Shown piece after piece: positions 43,001-53,697 of a stretch of DNA of 53,839 nt; within the stretch, counting starts at the first letter, position 1, and every line of letters starts with the position of its first letter. The stretch spans positions 1-53,839 of the forward strand of contig CAZQEU010000002.1 in NCBI GenBank assembly GCA_964592335.1. The letters are read 5' to 3'. The notes under the pieces were generated by a model. It did no database searches. It was not told the origin of the DNA and saw only the letters and a program-made list of their open reading frames with translations. The translations under genes were made by a program, and so were the position numbers. Source of the DNA: an uncultured Thermoplasmatales archaeon (GTDB lineage: Archaea; Thermoplasmatota; E2; DHVEG-1).

Positions 43001-44062
43001 TTACCTCCTGAATCTTGGATGAATGGGAAACATACTTGTTTTTTCTTCTTCGTTGCTTATTGTCCTTCCAGTATAAGAAATAAAAACATCATCAAGAGTA
43101 GGTTTTCTAACACTTATCGATTTTATTTTAATATTATGTTTTTGTGCTATTTCAATAACTATCGGTATCTTTTCATCACCTTTCTCAGTTCCAATTTTAA
43201 GGACGCTTTCGAGTTTTTTTATATTAGTTGACCATTCTTCTGTCTCAAGTATCTCTTTGAGTTTTGATAGATTATCACAGGATAATGTTATAACATCTTT
43301 TCCTATGGATGTTTTAAGGTTATTTAATGTATCTTTAACTAGTATCTCTCCTCTATCTATTATCGCAACTCTATCACATAAAAAATCTGCCTCATCCATA
43401 TAATGAGTAGTAAGAAAAATTGTAGTATCCTCTTCTCTGTTCATTTTTTTAATGTATTCCCATATAACACGTCTTGTTCCTGCGTCAAGACCGAGTGTTG
43501 GCTCATCTAAAAAAAGGACTTTAGGATAATGCATAAGGCCTCTTGCTATCTCAAGTCTTCTCTTCATACCTCCTGAGTAGTTTTTTACCAATACCTTTCT
43601 TTTTTCTTCTAGGTCTACAAGACTAAGTACTTCATCTATTCTTTTTTTTCTATTTGATTTATTAATGCCATACATTCTAGCATGATATTCAAGATTTTCT
43701 TCTCCGCTAAGTTCTATGTCCAATGCTGGTTCCTGGAAAACTATTCCGATGTTTTGCCTTACCTGATTTCTTTGTGTTACTATATCAAAATCTACGATAG
43801 TTGCATCTCCTTCTGTAGGATTTAGCAGTGTTGTAAGCATTTTAATTGTTGTAGTTTTACCAGCACCGTTTGGTCCAAGAAAACCAAATATCTCTCCTTT
43901 TTTAACAGAAAAAGATATATGATTTACTGCTGTTAGTTTTTTGAATTTTTTTGTAAGATTATTGACTTTTATTATATCCAATTTCTTGTACTCCTTGTAT
44001 AGTTTTTTGAATCTTAGTTTATTTAATAAATGTATCATTATTTTTAGGTTTTTTTTCATCAA
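43001..44062 (-). CDS. ABC transporter ATP-binding protein (DrrA/CcmA-like)
   Basis: GPNGAGKTT, signature SGGMKRRLEIA, Walker B LFLDEPT. The start is possibly an internal Met. Confidence 0.85.
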   Translation of the reverse strand: MMKKNLKIMIHLLNKLRFKKLYKEYKKLDIIKVNNLTKKFKKLTAVNHISFSVKKGEIFGFLGPNGAGKTTTIKMLTTLLNPTEGDATIVDFDIVTQRNQVRQNIGIVFQEPALDIELSGEENLEYHARMYGINKSNRKKRIDEVLSLVDLEEKRKVLVKNYSGGMKRRLEIARGLMHYPKVLFLDEPTLGLDAGTRRVIWEYIKKMNREEDTTIFLTTHYMDEADFLCDRVAIIDRGEILVKDTLNNLKTSIGKDVITLSCDNLSKLKEILETEEWSTNIKKLESVLKIGTEKGDEKIPIVIEIAQKHNIKIKSISVRKPTLDDVFISYTGRTISNEEEKTSMFPIHPRFRR

Positions 44063-44102
44063 AGGTTTTTTATCCTTGTTTTTATTGAAAGGTCCTTTGT
44101 TT

Positions 44103-45689
44103 ATGGATTTCTACTCTGAAATAATAAGTCTTATTCTTTCAAAAAAAATTCAGAGTAAAGAAGAGATTCATAAGACTAAGATTCGTCTTTGTAAAAGATA
44201 TAAGATTAAGAGCATTCCTGCTGATAGCGATATACTTGCAAGAGTTCCTGATGATTTTTCAGATGAAGAAAAAGAACTGGCAACATCATTGCTTCGTAAA
44301 AAAGCCACAAGAAGCATTTCAGGTGTAGCTGTCGTTGCTGTTATGACTAGTCCTGCAGATTGTCCTCATGGTCTTTGCATTCCTTGCCCAGGTGGCCCTA
44401 AAGCAGGTACTCCTCAGAGTTATACAGGTCATGAGCCTGCTGCTCTTCGTGCAAGCTTGAATAATTTTGATCCTTTTCTTCAAACAAGAAACCGTATAAA
44501 ACAGCTTGAAATAATTGGTCATCCAGTAGACAAAATTGATTTTATTATCATGGGTGGCACCTTTACTGCACGTGATCCTTTTTATCAGGAATGGTTTGTA
44601 AAAAGATGTTATGATGGTTTAAACAATGAAGAATCAAAATCTTTAGAAGAAGCTAAATTGATTAATGAAAAAACCAAGAGTCGCTGTATCGGCCTTACTG
44701 TTGAAACCCGTCCAGATTGGTTCCGGCTTCGTCATATAGATATGTCTCTTTCTTGGGGTGCTACTCGTGTTGAGCTTGGTGTTCAGAGTGTTTTTGATGA
44801 TTTATTGTATAACATAAAACGTGGCCATAGTGTCTCAGATTCTGTAATTGCTACAAGGGCTGCAAAAGATGCTGGTTTTAAGGTCTGTTATCATCTCATG
44901 CCTGGTTTACCTGGTTCAGATTTTGATCGCGATATTGAATGTTTTGAAACAGTTTTTGCTGATACTCGTTTTAAACCTGATATGATTAAGATTTACCCCA
45001 CTCTAACAATTAAAGGTACAAAACTTTTTGATATGTGGCAAAAAGGTCAATATGCTCCTTTGAGTACAAAAGAAGGAGCAATACTTGTTGCACGTCTTAA
45101 AACAATTGTACCTGAGTGGGTTCGTATACAACGCATACAAAGAGATGTACCATCTCAGTTTATTGATGCAGGTGTTACAAAAAGTAATCTACGTCAGATC
45201 GTTGAAGATGAAATGAAAAAGAATAATTGGGTTTGCAGGTGCATACGTTGTCGAGAAATGGGTCATAAGATTTTAAAAGAAAAAATAAATCCTTCTGAAG
45301 AAAACATCGGTTTATCTACAACTTTTTATGAAGCAAGCGATAGTGATGAAGTATTCATTTCTCTTGTTGATGAAAAACATGATGCATTAATTGGATATCT
45401 GAGACTTCGGGATATTTCAAACTCTCATAGAAAAGAGCTTTCTACAAATCCCTGTATGATAATAAGAGAGCTTAAGGTAGTTGGAAGGGAGCTTTCAATA
45501 GGTAAAAAATCGAAGAAAGAAATTCAACACAGAGGATATGGTAAGGAACTTATATCTGAGGCTGAGAGGATATGCAGAGAAGAATATGATAAGAAACGTT
45601 TATTTGTCCTAAGCGGGGTTGGCGTTAAAGAATACTACAGAGCGTTAGATTTTAAAGATCAAGGCCCATATCTTTTGAAAACACTATAA
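44103..45689 (+). CDS. elp3: Elp3-family radical SAM + GNAT tRNA uridine(34) modification enzyme
   Basis: SGVAVVAVMTSPADCPHGLCIPCPGGP, a radical-SAM core and a C-terminal GNAT (QHRGYGKEL). The hydrophobic extension starting at 43941 overlaps the divergent ABC gene and is rejected. Confidence 0.85.
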   Translation: MDFYSEIISLILSKKIQSKEEIHKTKIRLCKRYKIKSIPADSDILARVPDDFSDEEKELATSLLRKKATRSISGVAVVAVMTSPADCPHGLCIPCPGGPKAGTPQSYTGHEPAALRASLNNFDPFLQTRNRIKQLEIIGHPVDKIDFIIMGGTFTARDPFYQEWFVKRCYDGLNNEESKSLEEAKLINEKTKSRCIGLTVETRPDWFRLRHIDMSLSWGATRVELGVQSVFDDLLYNIKRGHSVSDSVIATRAAKDAGFKVCYHLMPGLPGSDFDRDIECFETVFADTRFKPDMIKIYPTLTIKGTKLFDMWQKGQYAPLSTKEGAILVARLKTIVPEWVRIQRIQRDVPSQFIDAGVTKSNLRQIVEDEMKKNNWVCRCIRCREMGHKILKEKINPSEENIGLSTTFYEASDSDEVFISLVDEKHDALIGYLRLRDISNSHRKELSTNPCMIIRELKVVGRELSIGKKSKKEIQHRGYGKELISEAERICREEYDKKRLFVLSGVGVKEYYRALDFKDQGPYLLKTL

Positions 45690-45718
45690 ATACCTGTTTT
45701 TGTTTCAGGGTTTTTGTT

Positions 45719-46597
45719 ATGAAAATTCAAACTGAATGCGTTCCATGTTTACTTAAGCGAATAATCTTTGAATCTGAGATCAGCACAGATGATATTAAAC
45801 TAAGACAAAAAACTTTGAAAAAAGCCTGCACTCTTCTAGCAGAGTTATATGATCCAAATTCTTCTAGTGTAAGTATTGCAACTAAAGTTCATAAAATGGT
45901 TTATGAAACACTAGGAGATGAAGATCCTTATAAAAATCTTAAAGAAAAAGCAAATAAAGCAGCATTAAAACTGGTTCCAAGAGTCGAAGAGCTAGTTAGT
46001 ATTTGCGAAGATCCTCTGAGAATGAGTATGCTAGCAAGTATAGTCGGCAACATGATGGATTTTGGAATTGCTGGTGCAAGTACCAATCCTGATGATCTGC
46101 TTGATATTTTTGAAAGAACTGTTGAAGAAGATATTGGATATGATGATTATGAAAATTTGAAAAAATTTATTTCAAATTCAAAAAATATTGTTTTTTTTAC
46201 AGATAACTGTGGTGAGATAGTATTTGATAAAATTTTATGCAGAGAAATTAAAAAGCTCAATCCTATTTTAAATCTTACACTTGTTGTAAAAGGTGAGCCT
46301 GTTTTATCTGATGCAACGATGAAAGATGCAACAGAGTTTGGTCTTGGTGAGGTAGTAGATGAAATCCTTACAACAGGCTGCTTTGCTGTAGGTGTTGATT
46401 TTAATAATCTTCCTAAAAAAGTTTTAAAAATTCTTGATAGCACAGATCTTATAATCTGCAAAGGTATGGGTAACTACGAGGCTTTTTCAGAAACAGATTA
46501 CAGACCTATAGCATATCTTATGCGTACAAAATGCTCTGCTATTGCAAAATCTATGGATGTACCTCAGGATATAAATGTTATTAAACTATATAACTAA
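45719..46597 (+). CDS. DUF89 (ARMT1-like damage-control phosphatase) family protein
   Basis: CVPCLLKR..., DNCGEIVFD and KGMGNYE motifs. Confidence 0.8.
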   Translation: MKIQTECVPCLLKRIIFESEISTDDIKLRQKTLKKACTLLAELYDPNSSSVSIATKVHKMVYETLGDEDPYKNLKEKANKAALKLVPRVEELVSICEDPLRMSMLASIVGNMMDFGIAGASTNPDDLLDIFERTVEEDIGYDDYENLKKFISNSKNIVFFTDNCGEIVFDKILCREIKKLNPILNLTLVVKGEPVLSDATMKDATEFGLGEVVDEILTTGCFAVGVDFNNLPKKVLKILDSTDLIICKGMGNYEAFSETDYRPIAYLMRTKCSAIAKSMDVPQDINVIKLYN

Positions 46598-47262
46598 ACG
46601 GGTATTATTCCATACGATTCTAAAAATGTTTGAATTGCTGTAAACATGAACTGAATTGCAATTGCAACTGTTAAAAGCCCCATTATTCTTGTAAAAGCAT
46701 CCATTCCTTTTTTTCCAAGTGCTTTTATCACATACTTTGAGCTTATGAATATGAAATAAGTTATAATCATTACAAGAATTATTGATAAAATTGCAAGTAT
46801 TATGCTTATAATCCAGGGTAATGCTTGGATATCTGCGCTTCCTTCTGTCAAGTTTTTCATGCTTACAATAATTACGGTAATGGCGCCTGGTCCTGATAAT
46901 GAGGGCATTGCAAGTGGTACTATTGCATAGTCTGCCTTTTGTTCTGCCCCTGGAGGGCTTTCGCCAAATTGTTGACCACGTCGAGTCATATCAAGACCAA
47001 CAAAAGCAAGTAGTATCCCTCCAGCAATTCTTAGAGAGTATATTTCTATTCCAAGGTACTCGAGTATTCCTGAACCGGCTATTGCAAATATAAAAAGCAA
47101 TATTGTTGCGTATTTTACAGCGTTTTTTGCAAGTTGTTTTCTCTGTTCTTTTGTATAATTAATTGTAATTGAGCTAAAAAGTGCAAGTGTTGACGAAGGA
47201 TTGACTATAATAAATAGTGGTATGAACACCGCCAGAAAACCCGGTAGTATTGCTTCTATCAT
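46594..47262 (-). CDS. MarC/UPF0056 family membrane protein
   Basis: 6-TM protein with an N-terminal IVNPSSTLALF motif. Confidence 0.65.
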   Translation of the reverse strand: MIEAILPGFLAVFIPLFIIVNPSSTLALFSSITINYTKEQRKQLAKNAVKYATILLFIFAIAGSGILEYLGIEIYSLRIAGGILLAFVGLDMTRRGQQFGESPPGAEQKADYAIVPLAMPSLSGPGAITVIIVSMKNLTEGSADIQALPWIISIILAILSIILVMIITYFIFISSKYVIKALGKKGMDAFTRIMGLLTVAIAIQFMFTAIQTFLESYGIIPV

Positions 47263-47298
47263 CTTTTGGTTGTATTAAAAAAGGGTTTATAAGGATTA

Positions 47299-49275
47299 TT
47301 AATCCTTAGAAAGCATTTCCCTGATTGGTATGTAAAATACTAATAGTGCTATGAACAGCCACAGTAAAACTCCAGGTAATACTGGTGGTACGTCAAACAT
47401 TGTAATGTTTAGTCCTGCAATGATTATGAATGCTACTATTACCCCGGTTAGTGCTTCTCCTGCGATAAGTCCTGCTGTAAACAAAAGCCCTGTTCTAACA
47501 ATTCGCTCTTTTGGTTTTACTTTTGTTTGTTTTATCGCTAGTTCCCATTCACTTATTTCTTCATCGTCTTTTCCATATTTTTTCTCTATTTTCTTGTTTG
47601 TGAAATGTCTGATTATACCGCCTATAAATATTGGTGTTGCAAGGGTGAATGGTAAATAAATTCCAATTGCAACCGGTAGTATTGGTATATCTATTAGAAT
47701 TAGAATGAATGCAAGAACCATTCCTGCTATTACAAATGGCCAGGTCATCTCTCCACCCAGTACTCCTTGTATTACTCCAGCCATAAGACCTGCTTGTGGT
47801 GCTGGCAGGTTTATGCTTCCTATTGTGTATGCTTTATGAAGTGCTGATACTACAAATGCAAGCACTGGTGCTGCTGCAAGTATTCCAACAAGCTCTGCTA
47901 ATTGTTGTTTCCACGGCGTGGCACCTATCATTTGTCCTGCAGTCATTGATTGCAGAACGTCTCCAGATATTGCTGCGCAACATGCGATTACTGTTGCAAT
48001 TAGAAGTGCTACTCCATATGATGTTGTCCCAGAGAAACCTAGTCCTAAAAGGATTAATGATGTAATAAGAAGTATTGATACAGTTACTCCAGATGTTGGA
48101 TTGTTTGAAGAACCCACGAGCCCTGCCATATATCCTGCAATTGCACTTGCGATAAATGCAAATAATATTGCAAATATGGCCATTACCCCAGATATGAATA
48201 CGTTTTGTGATAGCCATAAGTATACTATAAAAATAGGTATTGTTAGTAGTCCTATTGCTAAAAAGACATATTTTGGGTTAAGATCTTTGTCTGTTCGTTT
48301 TTTTGTACTATCATGCCCACCTTTTATCCCAATTATTGCTTCTTTAATTCCATCTGCAAGATTGTTTCGTAATTTGAATATTGTATAAAGTCCACCTACG
48401 AGCATTGCTCCTACGCCTATGTATTTAACGTAATGACTCCAAACATGAAAGAATGCATCTAACGGTTCTTTTATGCCATCAGGCATTCCTGTTGCAAGAA
48501 GTATTAGTGGTGTTATTATAACCCATCCGAGTAATCCGCCTATTAAAACAAATGATGATATTTTTGGTCCAATAATCCAACCAACACCAAGTAGTGCTGG
48601 CGATGTTGCGACTCCTCCATAGATATATGCATTGTTTGACCCTGCTCCAATGTTGTATTTTCCAATACTTGCTATTCCTTCTATTCTTCCTTGTATTGCT
48701 TTAAGTCCTACTTGGCCGAATTTAAGCAAGGCTCCTAGTGCAGCTCCCATCAATAGCCATATTCCTGATACTCCTCCATTACCTGTTTTTTTCTTTGTGT
48801 CGTCGCCTACTGTAGTAGTTAGTACTGCAGCAACTGCTACACCCTCAGGAAATGGCAAGTCTGTTTTAATGATTAGCGCTCGTCTAAGTGATACCATCCA
48901 TAGAACACCCAGGATACCTCCTAAAGCAGCAACTATTGTTGTTTCTACATAGTTTATATCTGTCCATGCTCCTAGAAAGAGCATTGCAGGGATTGTAAAT
49001 ATTATTCCTGCAGCAAGAGCGGTCCCTGCTGCAGCACCCATCATTCCTATGTTTACTTCAAGAATTGTTCCTTTTAAGGGTTTTAAAAGTGCAAAGGCCA
49101 TAACAGCTCCAGGAATTGCAGCAGATACTGTCATTCCTGCGTATAATCCAAAATAAGCATTTGCTGAGCCCAGTATAATTGCAAGTAAAGCTCCAATTAA
49201 CACTGCTTTTAGTGTCAACTCTGGTATATTTTTTGATGCCGGTATAAATGATTTGAAGTTTTCTCTAGATGACAT
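47299..49275 (-). CDS. OPT-family oligopeptide transporter
   Basis: ELTLKAVLIGALLAIILGSANAYFGLYAGMTVSAAIP N-terminal signature in a polytopic 658-aa protein. Confidence 0.8.
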   Translation of the reverse strand: MSSRENFKSFIPASKNIPELTLKAVLIGALLAIILGSANAYFGLYAGMTVSAAIPGAVMAFALLKPLKGTILEVNIGMMGAAAGTALAAGIIFTIPAMLFLGAWTDINYVETTIVAALGGILGVLWMVSLRRALIIKTDLPFPEGVAVAAVLTTTVGDDTKKKTGNGGVSGIWLLMGAALGALLKFGQVGLKAIQGRIEGIASIGKYNIGAGSNNAYIYGGVATSPALLGVGWIIGPKISSFVLIGGLLGWVIITPLILLATGMPDGIKEPLDAFFHVWSHYVKYIGVGAMLVGGLYTIFKLRNNLADGIKEAIIGIKGGHDSTKKRTDKDLNPKYVFLAIGLLTIPIFIVYLWLSQNVFISGVMAIFAILFAFIASAIAGYMAGLVGSSNNPTSGVTVSILLITSLILLGLGFSGTTSYGVALLIATVIACCAAISGDVLQSMTAGQMIGATPWKQQLAELVGILAAAPVLAFVVSALHKAYTIGSINLPAPQAGLMAGVIQGVLGGEMTWPFVIAGMVLAFILILIDIPILPVAIGIYLPFTLATPIFIGGIIRHFTNKKIEKKYGKDDEEISEWELAIKQTKVKPKERIVRTGLLFTAGLIAGEALTGVIVAFIIIAGLNITMFDVPPVLPGVLLWLFIALLVFYIPIREMLSKD

Positions 49276-49367
49276 TATGTATTACCAAAATAATATTATT
49301 TTACAAATATATAAATTAATCGTAAAAAACAGCAATATTAACGATATACTGATTGTTAAAAATGAGG

Positions 49368-49452
49368 TGCAAGGGGCCGGATTCGAACCGGCGAACCTCT
49401 GCAGGAATAGATCTTGAGTCTATCGCCGTTGACCTAGCTTGGCTACCCTTGC
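49368..49452 (-). tRNA. tRNA-Leu (anticodon CAA), with long variable arm
   Basis: The reverse complement is GCAAGGG...CCCTTGCA. Anticodon stem is ATAGA/TCTAT with loop CTCAAGA. T-arm is GCCGGTTCGAATCCGGC. Confidence 0.9.
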
Positions 49453-49639
49453 AATAGAAAGCCAAGAATAGTTTAATAATAATAAAATTTTGGCATTTTT
49501 TTCATTTAATGTATTTTTACACATCATCTTTAGATATCCTTTATACGAAAAAATTTATTTTTTAGATGAGGTTAAGAGGGAGACATAGCTTGTTTCATTT
49601 TTATAATACATACACTCGTTGGTTAAGTGAATTGGTCAA

Positions 49640-52600
49640 TTACTTCTTAGCTTTCTTTTTTGATGAATATGGCGTTATTAGATATCCATATTTCTTTTTC
49701 TTCCAGCGTCCCCAGAACATAAGGGCAGGTGGTAGGATAAATATACTTGTTAGAAATGCAAATAGAATTGTAAGAGCAGTGATTAACCCAAATTGTTGCT
49801 CAACAGGCATTGGTGTAAGCATTAACATTCCAAAACCTGCCATGGTTGTAATCGCTGCTATCATAAGTGCACCACCCGTGTGACCAACTGTTTCTGATAC
49901 AGCCCCCATTACATCACCGGTTTTATCTGCAATTAATCTAAAACGCTCAATCGCGTGTATTGCGTATGTTATACCTAGCCCTATTGTAAGAGATGTAATC
50001 ATAATTGTCATAACATTTAGGCTGTAACCAATGAAGTACATTGTTCCTACAATCCATATTGTTGAAATACAGACAGGTATCATTGCAAGTAGGCCGAGGC
50101 TTAGTTTTCTATATGCAATGATTAGTACTATTGCTGCAAGTGCGATACATATTGCTGTTGAAAGTATTTGACTTTCTGTCATTGATTGCATTATACTATA
50201 CATCATACTGTTGTCACCTGTAACTGCTGCTGAGTTTCCATTTAAATCAGCTATATCATCTTGTAAATCAAAGTACAGTTCCTCCATTGCTTTGTTTAAA
50301 TCCTCGTCTCCAGCATTATATGTGTTTGAATAAACAACTATTATTGTTGCATCAAATACATCGTCATCATTTCTATGTAAAATCTCATTTGTCTCATATT
50401 TGTAGTTGTCATTGTCATATAAATAACTAAAAAGTTTTTTTACATCAGTGTTGGTCTTTGGAATGTTTTCTGAGTCTAGATTAAAGCTTTTTATAATTGA
50501 GTTGTTGTTTTCAACAGCATTATCTATTATTGATAGAATTGAGTTTGTTTTAGGATTATTTTCTCTTGTGTATAGTACATATTTATCATCATCCATGTTG
50601 CTGATTGTTTGCCTTATGCCTCTTAGGGTTTGAACAGTTGCGATATTTCCTTCGATTAAAATATTTTCTTTTTCCTGGCTGGAAAATGGGAACTCATCAG
50701 TTATCTTGTTTAGCACTTGGACTGATTCATTTTCCTCAGGTAAAAAATCCTTCATGTTAAAACCGGTTTGAACCTGTGTTGCTCCAAATACCATAACCGC
50801 TGTTATTAGTAGTGTGGTTATTAGAATGGTTTTTGGATGGGTGCAGACGATACGTGCGGTTTTTTTCATTAGTTTTCCATTTGGATTATGTCTGGTTTTT
50901 AGTTTGTCCTTGTTTTTTCTTCTATCCAGGATGTATCTTACTGCTGCCTGCAAGGTAATTGTTACAATAAATACATAGGCTATACCTATTGCACATAACA
51001 CTCCGAAGTCACGGAGTGGAACCATTGTTGCAGTAAGAAACGATAAAAACGCGATAAAAGTAGTGATTGTTGCAAGTAGCATCGCCATTCCTACATCTGT
51101 GATACTTGCAATAATTGCCTCTGCAGCATTTTTTCCTTTATCAAGTTCTGCTCTATAGTTATGAAACATATGTACACTATAGTCAACTCCCAGACCCATA
51201 AGCATTGGAATGAGTGCTACTTCCATTATCATAAAATCCATTCCAAATAATACCATTGTGCCAAAGAGCCATATCACAGATATACTCAGTCCTAAAAGTG
51301 GTAGAACAACATAGGAGATTTTAAAGAAACTAAGAAACAGTATTATGCTTATTACAACAAAAATGAGAGGTACTACAATCTGGTTTGCCTCCATTGAAAC
51401 ACCAGTTATTTCGTATTCAATAATGCTGTTACCTGTTGCACGCATTGAAACATAGTTTTCTTCTGAATCATAATTTTTTGTTTTTTCTAGGATTTCGCCG
51501 CTAATCTCTGATTTTTCCCCTGATGTTAATGATCCGTTTATTTGTATCATCATAATTGCTGCGTTTGCATCAGAGTATTCTTTGTCATATGATAAAAAAT
51601 TGATACTTCCTTCTTTTAAACCATCATAAAAACTTGGTTTTATAAATAAACTCTCAGTTGATCTCTGTGTATCTGGACTAAGATCTGTTGTTGTCCAAAG
51701 GCTTTCAATGTCTTTAAGGCTGATTTCATCGATCTTGAAATTGTTTTCTTCAAGCATCTTAAATATTTCATTGAAATCTTCCCAGGTAAAATCATTGTAA
51801 CGCATAAGGATTTTTTCAGAGATACTACCAATTATAGGTTTGTTTTGAATATCTTGAATTTTTTGTTTTAGGTAGTTAAAATCAACTACGACTCTTTTCC
51901 AGGGTAGATTCAAAACTGGTCTTTGAAAATATCTAAAACCTGCAAGGCTATTTCCAATTCTTGTAGGTAGTCCAAAACCATTCATCTCTGTTGCTATACC
52001 ATATTTGCCTAGTTCTTCTTTTGAAACAGATATAGATATCTTGTTTTCATCTGTGTTAAAACTAATGTTTCCTGTTTCAAGTTTGATTGGAAGTGAAACA
52101 GGTTGATTTGGCATACTAACCCAGAGAAAAGTGTTTTTTTCATAGCTTTTTTTGTTTTGTTTAAAAGCACCTTTTAGATTGTTAATAAAACCTTTACCTA
52201 CTTCCCATGATGTATCTTCAGGTTCAATATGTGCACTTATTTTATATGTCATATTTAGTGCTTCATCTGGTATTATTAGGTTTTTAAATTCAAAAAACCA
52301 TTCATAGACAGTAAGTCCTCTTGCAGGGCTTATCATATCTTTTTCAAAACCTGATAAATCATATACTTCAAATGTAAAAATGTAAGTTTCTTCATTCTGT
52401 TTCATGTAATAGTTTTTCAGATCAATGCTATCAATATTTTTTCCTTTGGAAATCTTAGGGTATCTATTATAATCAATAGGTTCATTTGGATCATCGTTTT
52501 CAAGCATTTTGTGTTCAGAGTAATCTGGTTCATCCATCAAATCATTAAAAACAGTTAATATTTCTTCATCTGAGCACTGAGTAACTTTTTTTTGAAACTC

Positions 52601-52957
52601 AGTTCTACATATCGTATTTACAAAACTTGAAATGCTCATAACTTCTACTATTTCATCAAAATCATTTTTTAGATTTTTTGAGACCTTATACATCTCTTTT
52701 AATGAAGCTGCTGCTGTAACACTATCTGCTTTGTCTTTTTCCACATAAACCATTATTGTTTCTACGTCCCGACCAAAATACTTGTTGATTCTCTGGTTTG
52801 CAAGAACTGTTTCATCTTCGGGTAAAAAGTTATCCATTGTTGTTTTCATTTCAAGGCCGGGTAGCAGACTTGCAAAACCTATTGTTATAATTAATATAAT
52901 TCCTACTACCAGCCATGGGTGTTTTGAAATAAAAACTCCTGTTTTTTTAAGTATCAT
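49640..52957 (-). CDS. MMPL/RND-superfamily exporter (two 6-TM bundles, two large extracytoplasmic loops)
   Basis: Duplicated TM-bundle architecture with SSD-like segments (GLGVDYSVH.., GLGITYAIH..). Confidence 0.75.
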   Translation of the reverse strand: MILKKTGVFISKHPWLVVGIILIITIGFASLLPGLEMKTTMDNFLPEDETVLANQRINKYFGRDVETIMVYVEKDKADSVTAAASLKEMYKVSKNLKNDFDEIVEVMSISSFVNTICRTEFQKKVTQCSDEEILTVFNDLMDEPDYSEHKMLENDDPNEPIDYNRYPKISKGKNIDSIDLKNYYMKQNEETYIFTFEVYDLSGFEKDMISPARGLTVYEWFFEFKNLIIPDEALNMTYKISAHIEPEDTSWEVGKGFINNLKGAFKQNKKSYEKNTFLWVSMPNQPVSLPIKLETGNISFNTDENKISISVSKEELGKYGIATEMNGFGLPTRIGNSLAGFRYFQRPVLNLPWKRVVVDFNYLKQKIQDIQNKPIIGSISEKILMRYNDFTWEDFNEIFKMLEENNFKIDEISLKDIESLWTTTDLSPDTQRSTESLFIKPSFYDGLKEGSINFLSYDKEYSDANAAIMMIQINGSLTSGEKSEISGEILEKTKNYDSEENYVSMRATGNSIIEYEITGVSMEANQIVVPLIFVVISIILFLSFFKISYVVLPLLGLSISVIWLFGTMVLFGMDFMIMEVALIPMLMGLGVDYSVHMFHNYRAELDKGKNAAEAIIASITDVGMAMLLATITTFIAFLSFLTATMVPLRDFGVLCAIGIAYVFIVTITLQAAVRYILDRRKNKDKLKTRHNPNGKLMKKTARIVCTHPKTILITTLLITAVMVFGATQVQTGFNMKDFLPEENESVQVLNKITDEFPFSSQEKENILIEGNIATVQTLRGIRQTISNMDDDKYVLYTRENNPKTNSILSIIDNAVENNNSIIKSFNLDSENIPKTNTDVKKLFSYLYDNDNYKYETNEILHRNDDDVFDATIIVVYSNTYNAGDEDLNKAMEELYFDLQDDIADLNGNSAAVTGDNSMMYSIMQSMTESQILSTAICIALAAIVLIIAYRKLSLGLLAMIPVCISTIWIVGTMYFIGYSLNVMTIMITSLTIGLGITYAIHAIERFRLIADKTGDVMGAVSETVGHTGGALMIAAITTMAGFGMLMLTPMPVEQQFGLITALTILFAFLTSIFILPPALMFWGRWKKKKYGYLITPYSSKKKAKK

Positions 52958-53076
52958 TTTATGCCTATTTTATAGAGACTATTTAATTATTTTAACTTGT
53001 AATGGTAGTTATTTTAACAGCTATATTAAATTTATTACATATTATTATATATAGGGACAATAAAACCTGTATTTTT

Positions 53077-53697
53077 TTATTGTAAAAAAACGTTTTTATA
53101 AAAAATATTTAGGCTTTTTTTTGCATTTTTTATGTTTCTAATAAACTGCCTCTGAGCCTTGATTATTGCAAAAAAAGGTTTTTTCTCAGGAACAATATCG
53201 CTTACAGTTCTTATAAGAATCATTGGAATATTATGTTTTTTTGCTTCTTCTACCGCGCCATAAGATTCCATTTCGACACCAATTACATCTGATGATACAT
53301 CCTTTTTAGAAAGAACTACATCATCAAATGTCTGTAATCTTCCTATGCAAAAATTGATTTTATTTTTCACAAGTTTTTGTTTTACAAACTCTAAGCTTTG
53401 TTTATCTATCTGTAATTCTTTACCATTATAACATATGCCATCTGCAAGAAACAAATCACATGCGTTGCAATCTTTTAAAACTCCTCCACAGAAACCCAGG
53501 AAAAAAATTATGTCTGGTTTATACTCTCTGCATAGTTTTTTTGTTGCCTCTATTGCATTTTTTTGACCTACTCCTGAGACTATCAATCCTATTTCGTTTT
53601 CTTTGTTTTTAATTATTTGAATATCTCTTGATTTGTTGTATTTTATTTGATCGGGTACTTCGATATCTAATGCAGTTATAAGTCCTATTTTTTTCAT
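53077..53697 (-). CDS. Nucleoside phosphorylase family I (PNP_UDP_1) protein, MTA/SAH-nucleosidase- or futalosine-hydrolase-like
   Basis: MKKIGLITALDIE, GVGQKNA, GFCGG, VEMESYG...IRTVSD. The ATG at 53697 forms an ATGA overlap with the upstream gene's stop. Confidence 0.65.
   Translation of the reverse strand: MKKIGLITALDIEVPDQIKYNKSRDIQIIKNKENEIGLIVSGVGQKNAIEATKKLCREYKPDIIFFLGFCGGVLKDCNACDLFLADGICYNGKELQIDKQSLEFVKQKLVKNKINFCIGRLQTFDDVVLSKKDVSSDVIGVEMESYGAVEEAKKHNIPMILIRTVSDIVPEKKPFFAIIKAQRQFIRNIKNAKKSLNIFYKNVFLQ

Noticed and set aside
43941-44102. N-terminal 54-aa extension of Elp3 in the ORF track
   Set aside because: It is hydrophobic, overlaps the divergent ABC ATPase gene start, and has no counterpart in the Elp3 proteins I recall. 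The ATG at 44103 (MDFYSEI...) fits the family N-terminus.
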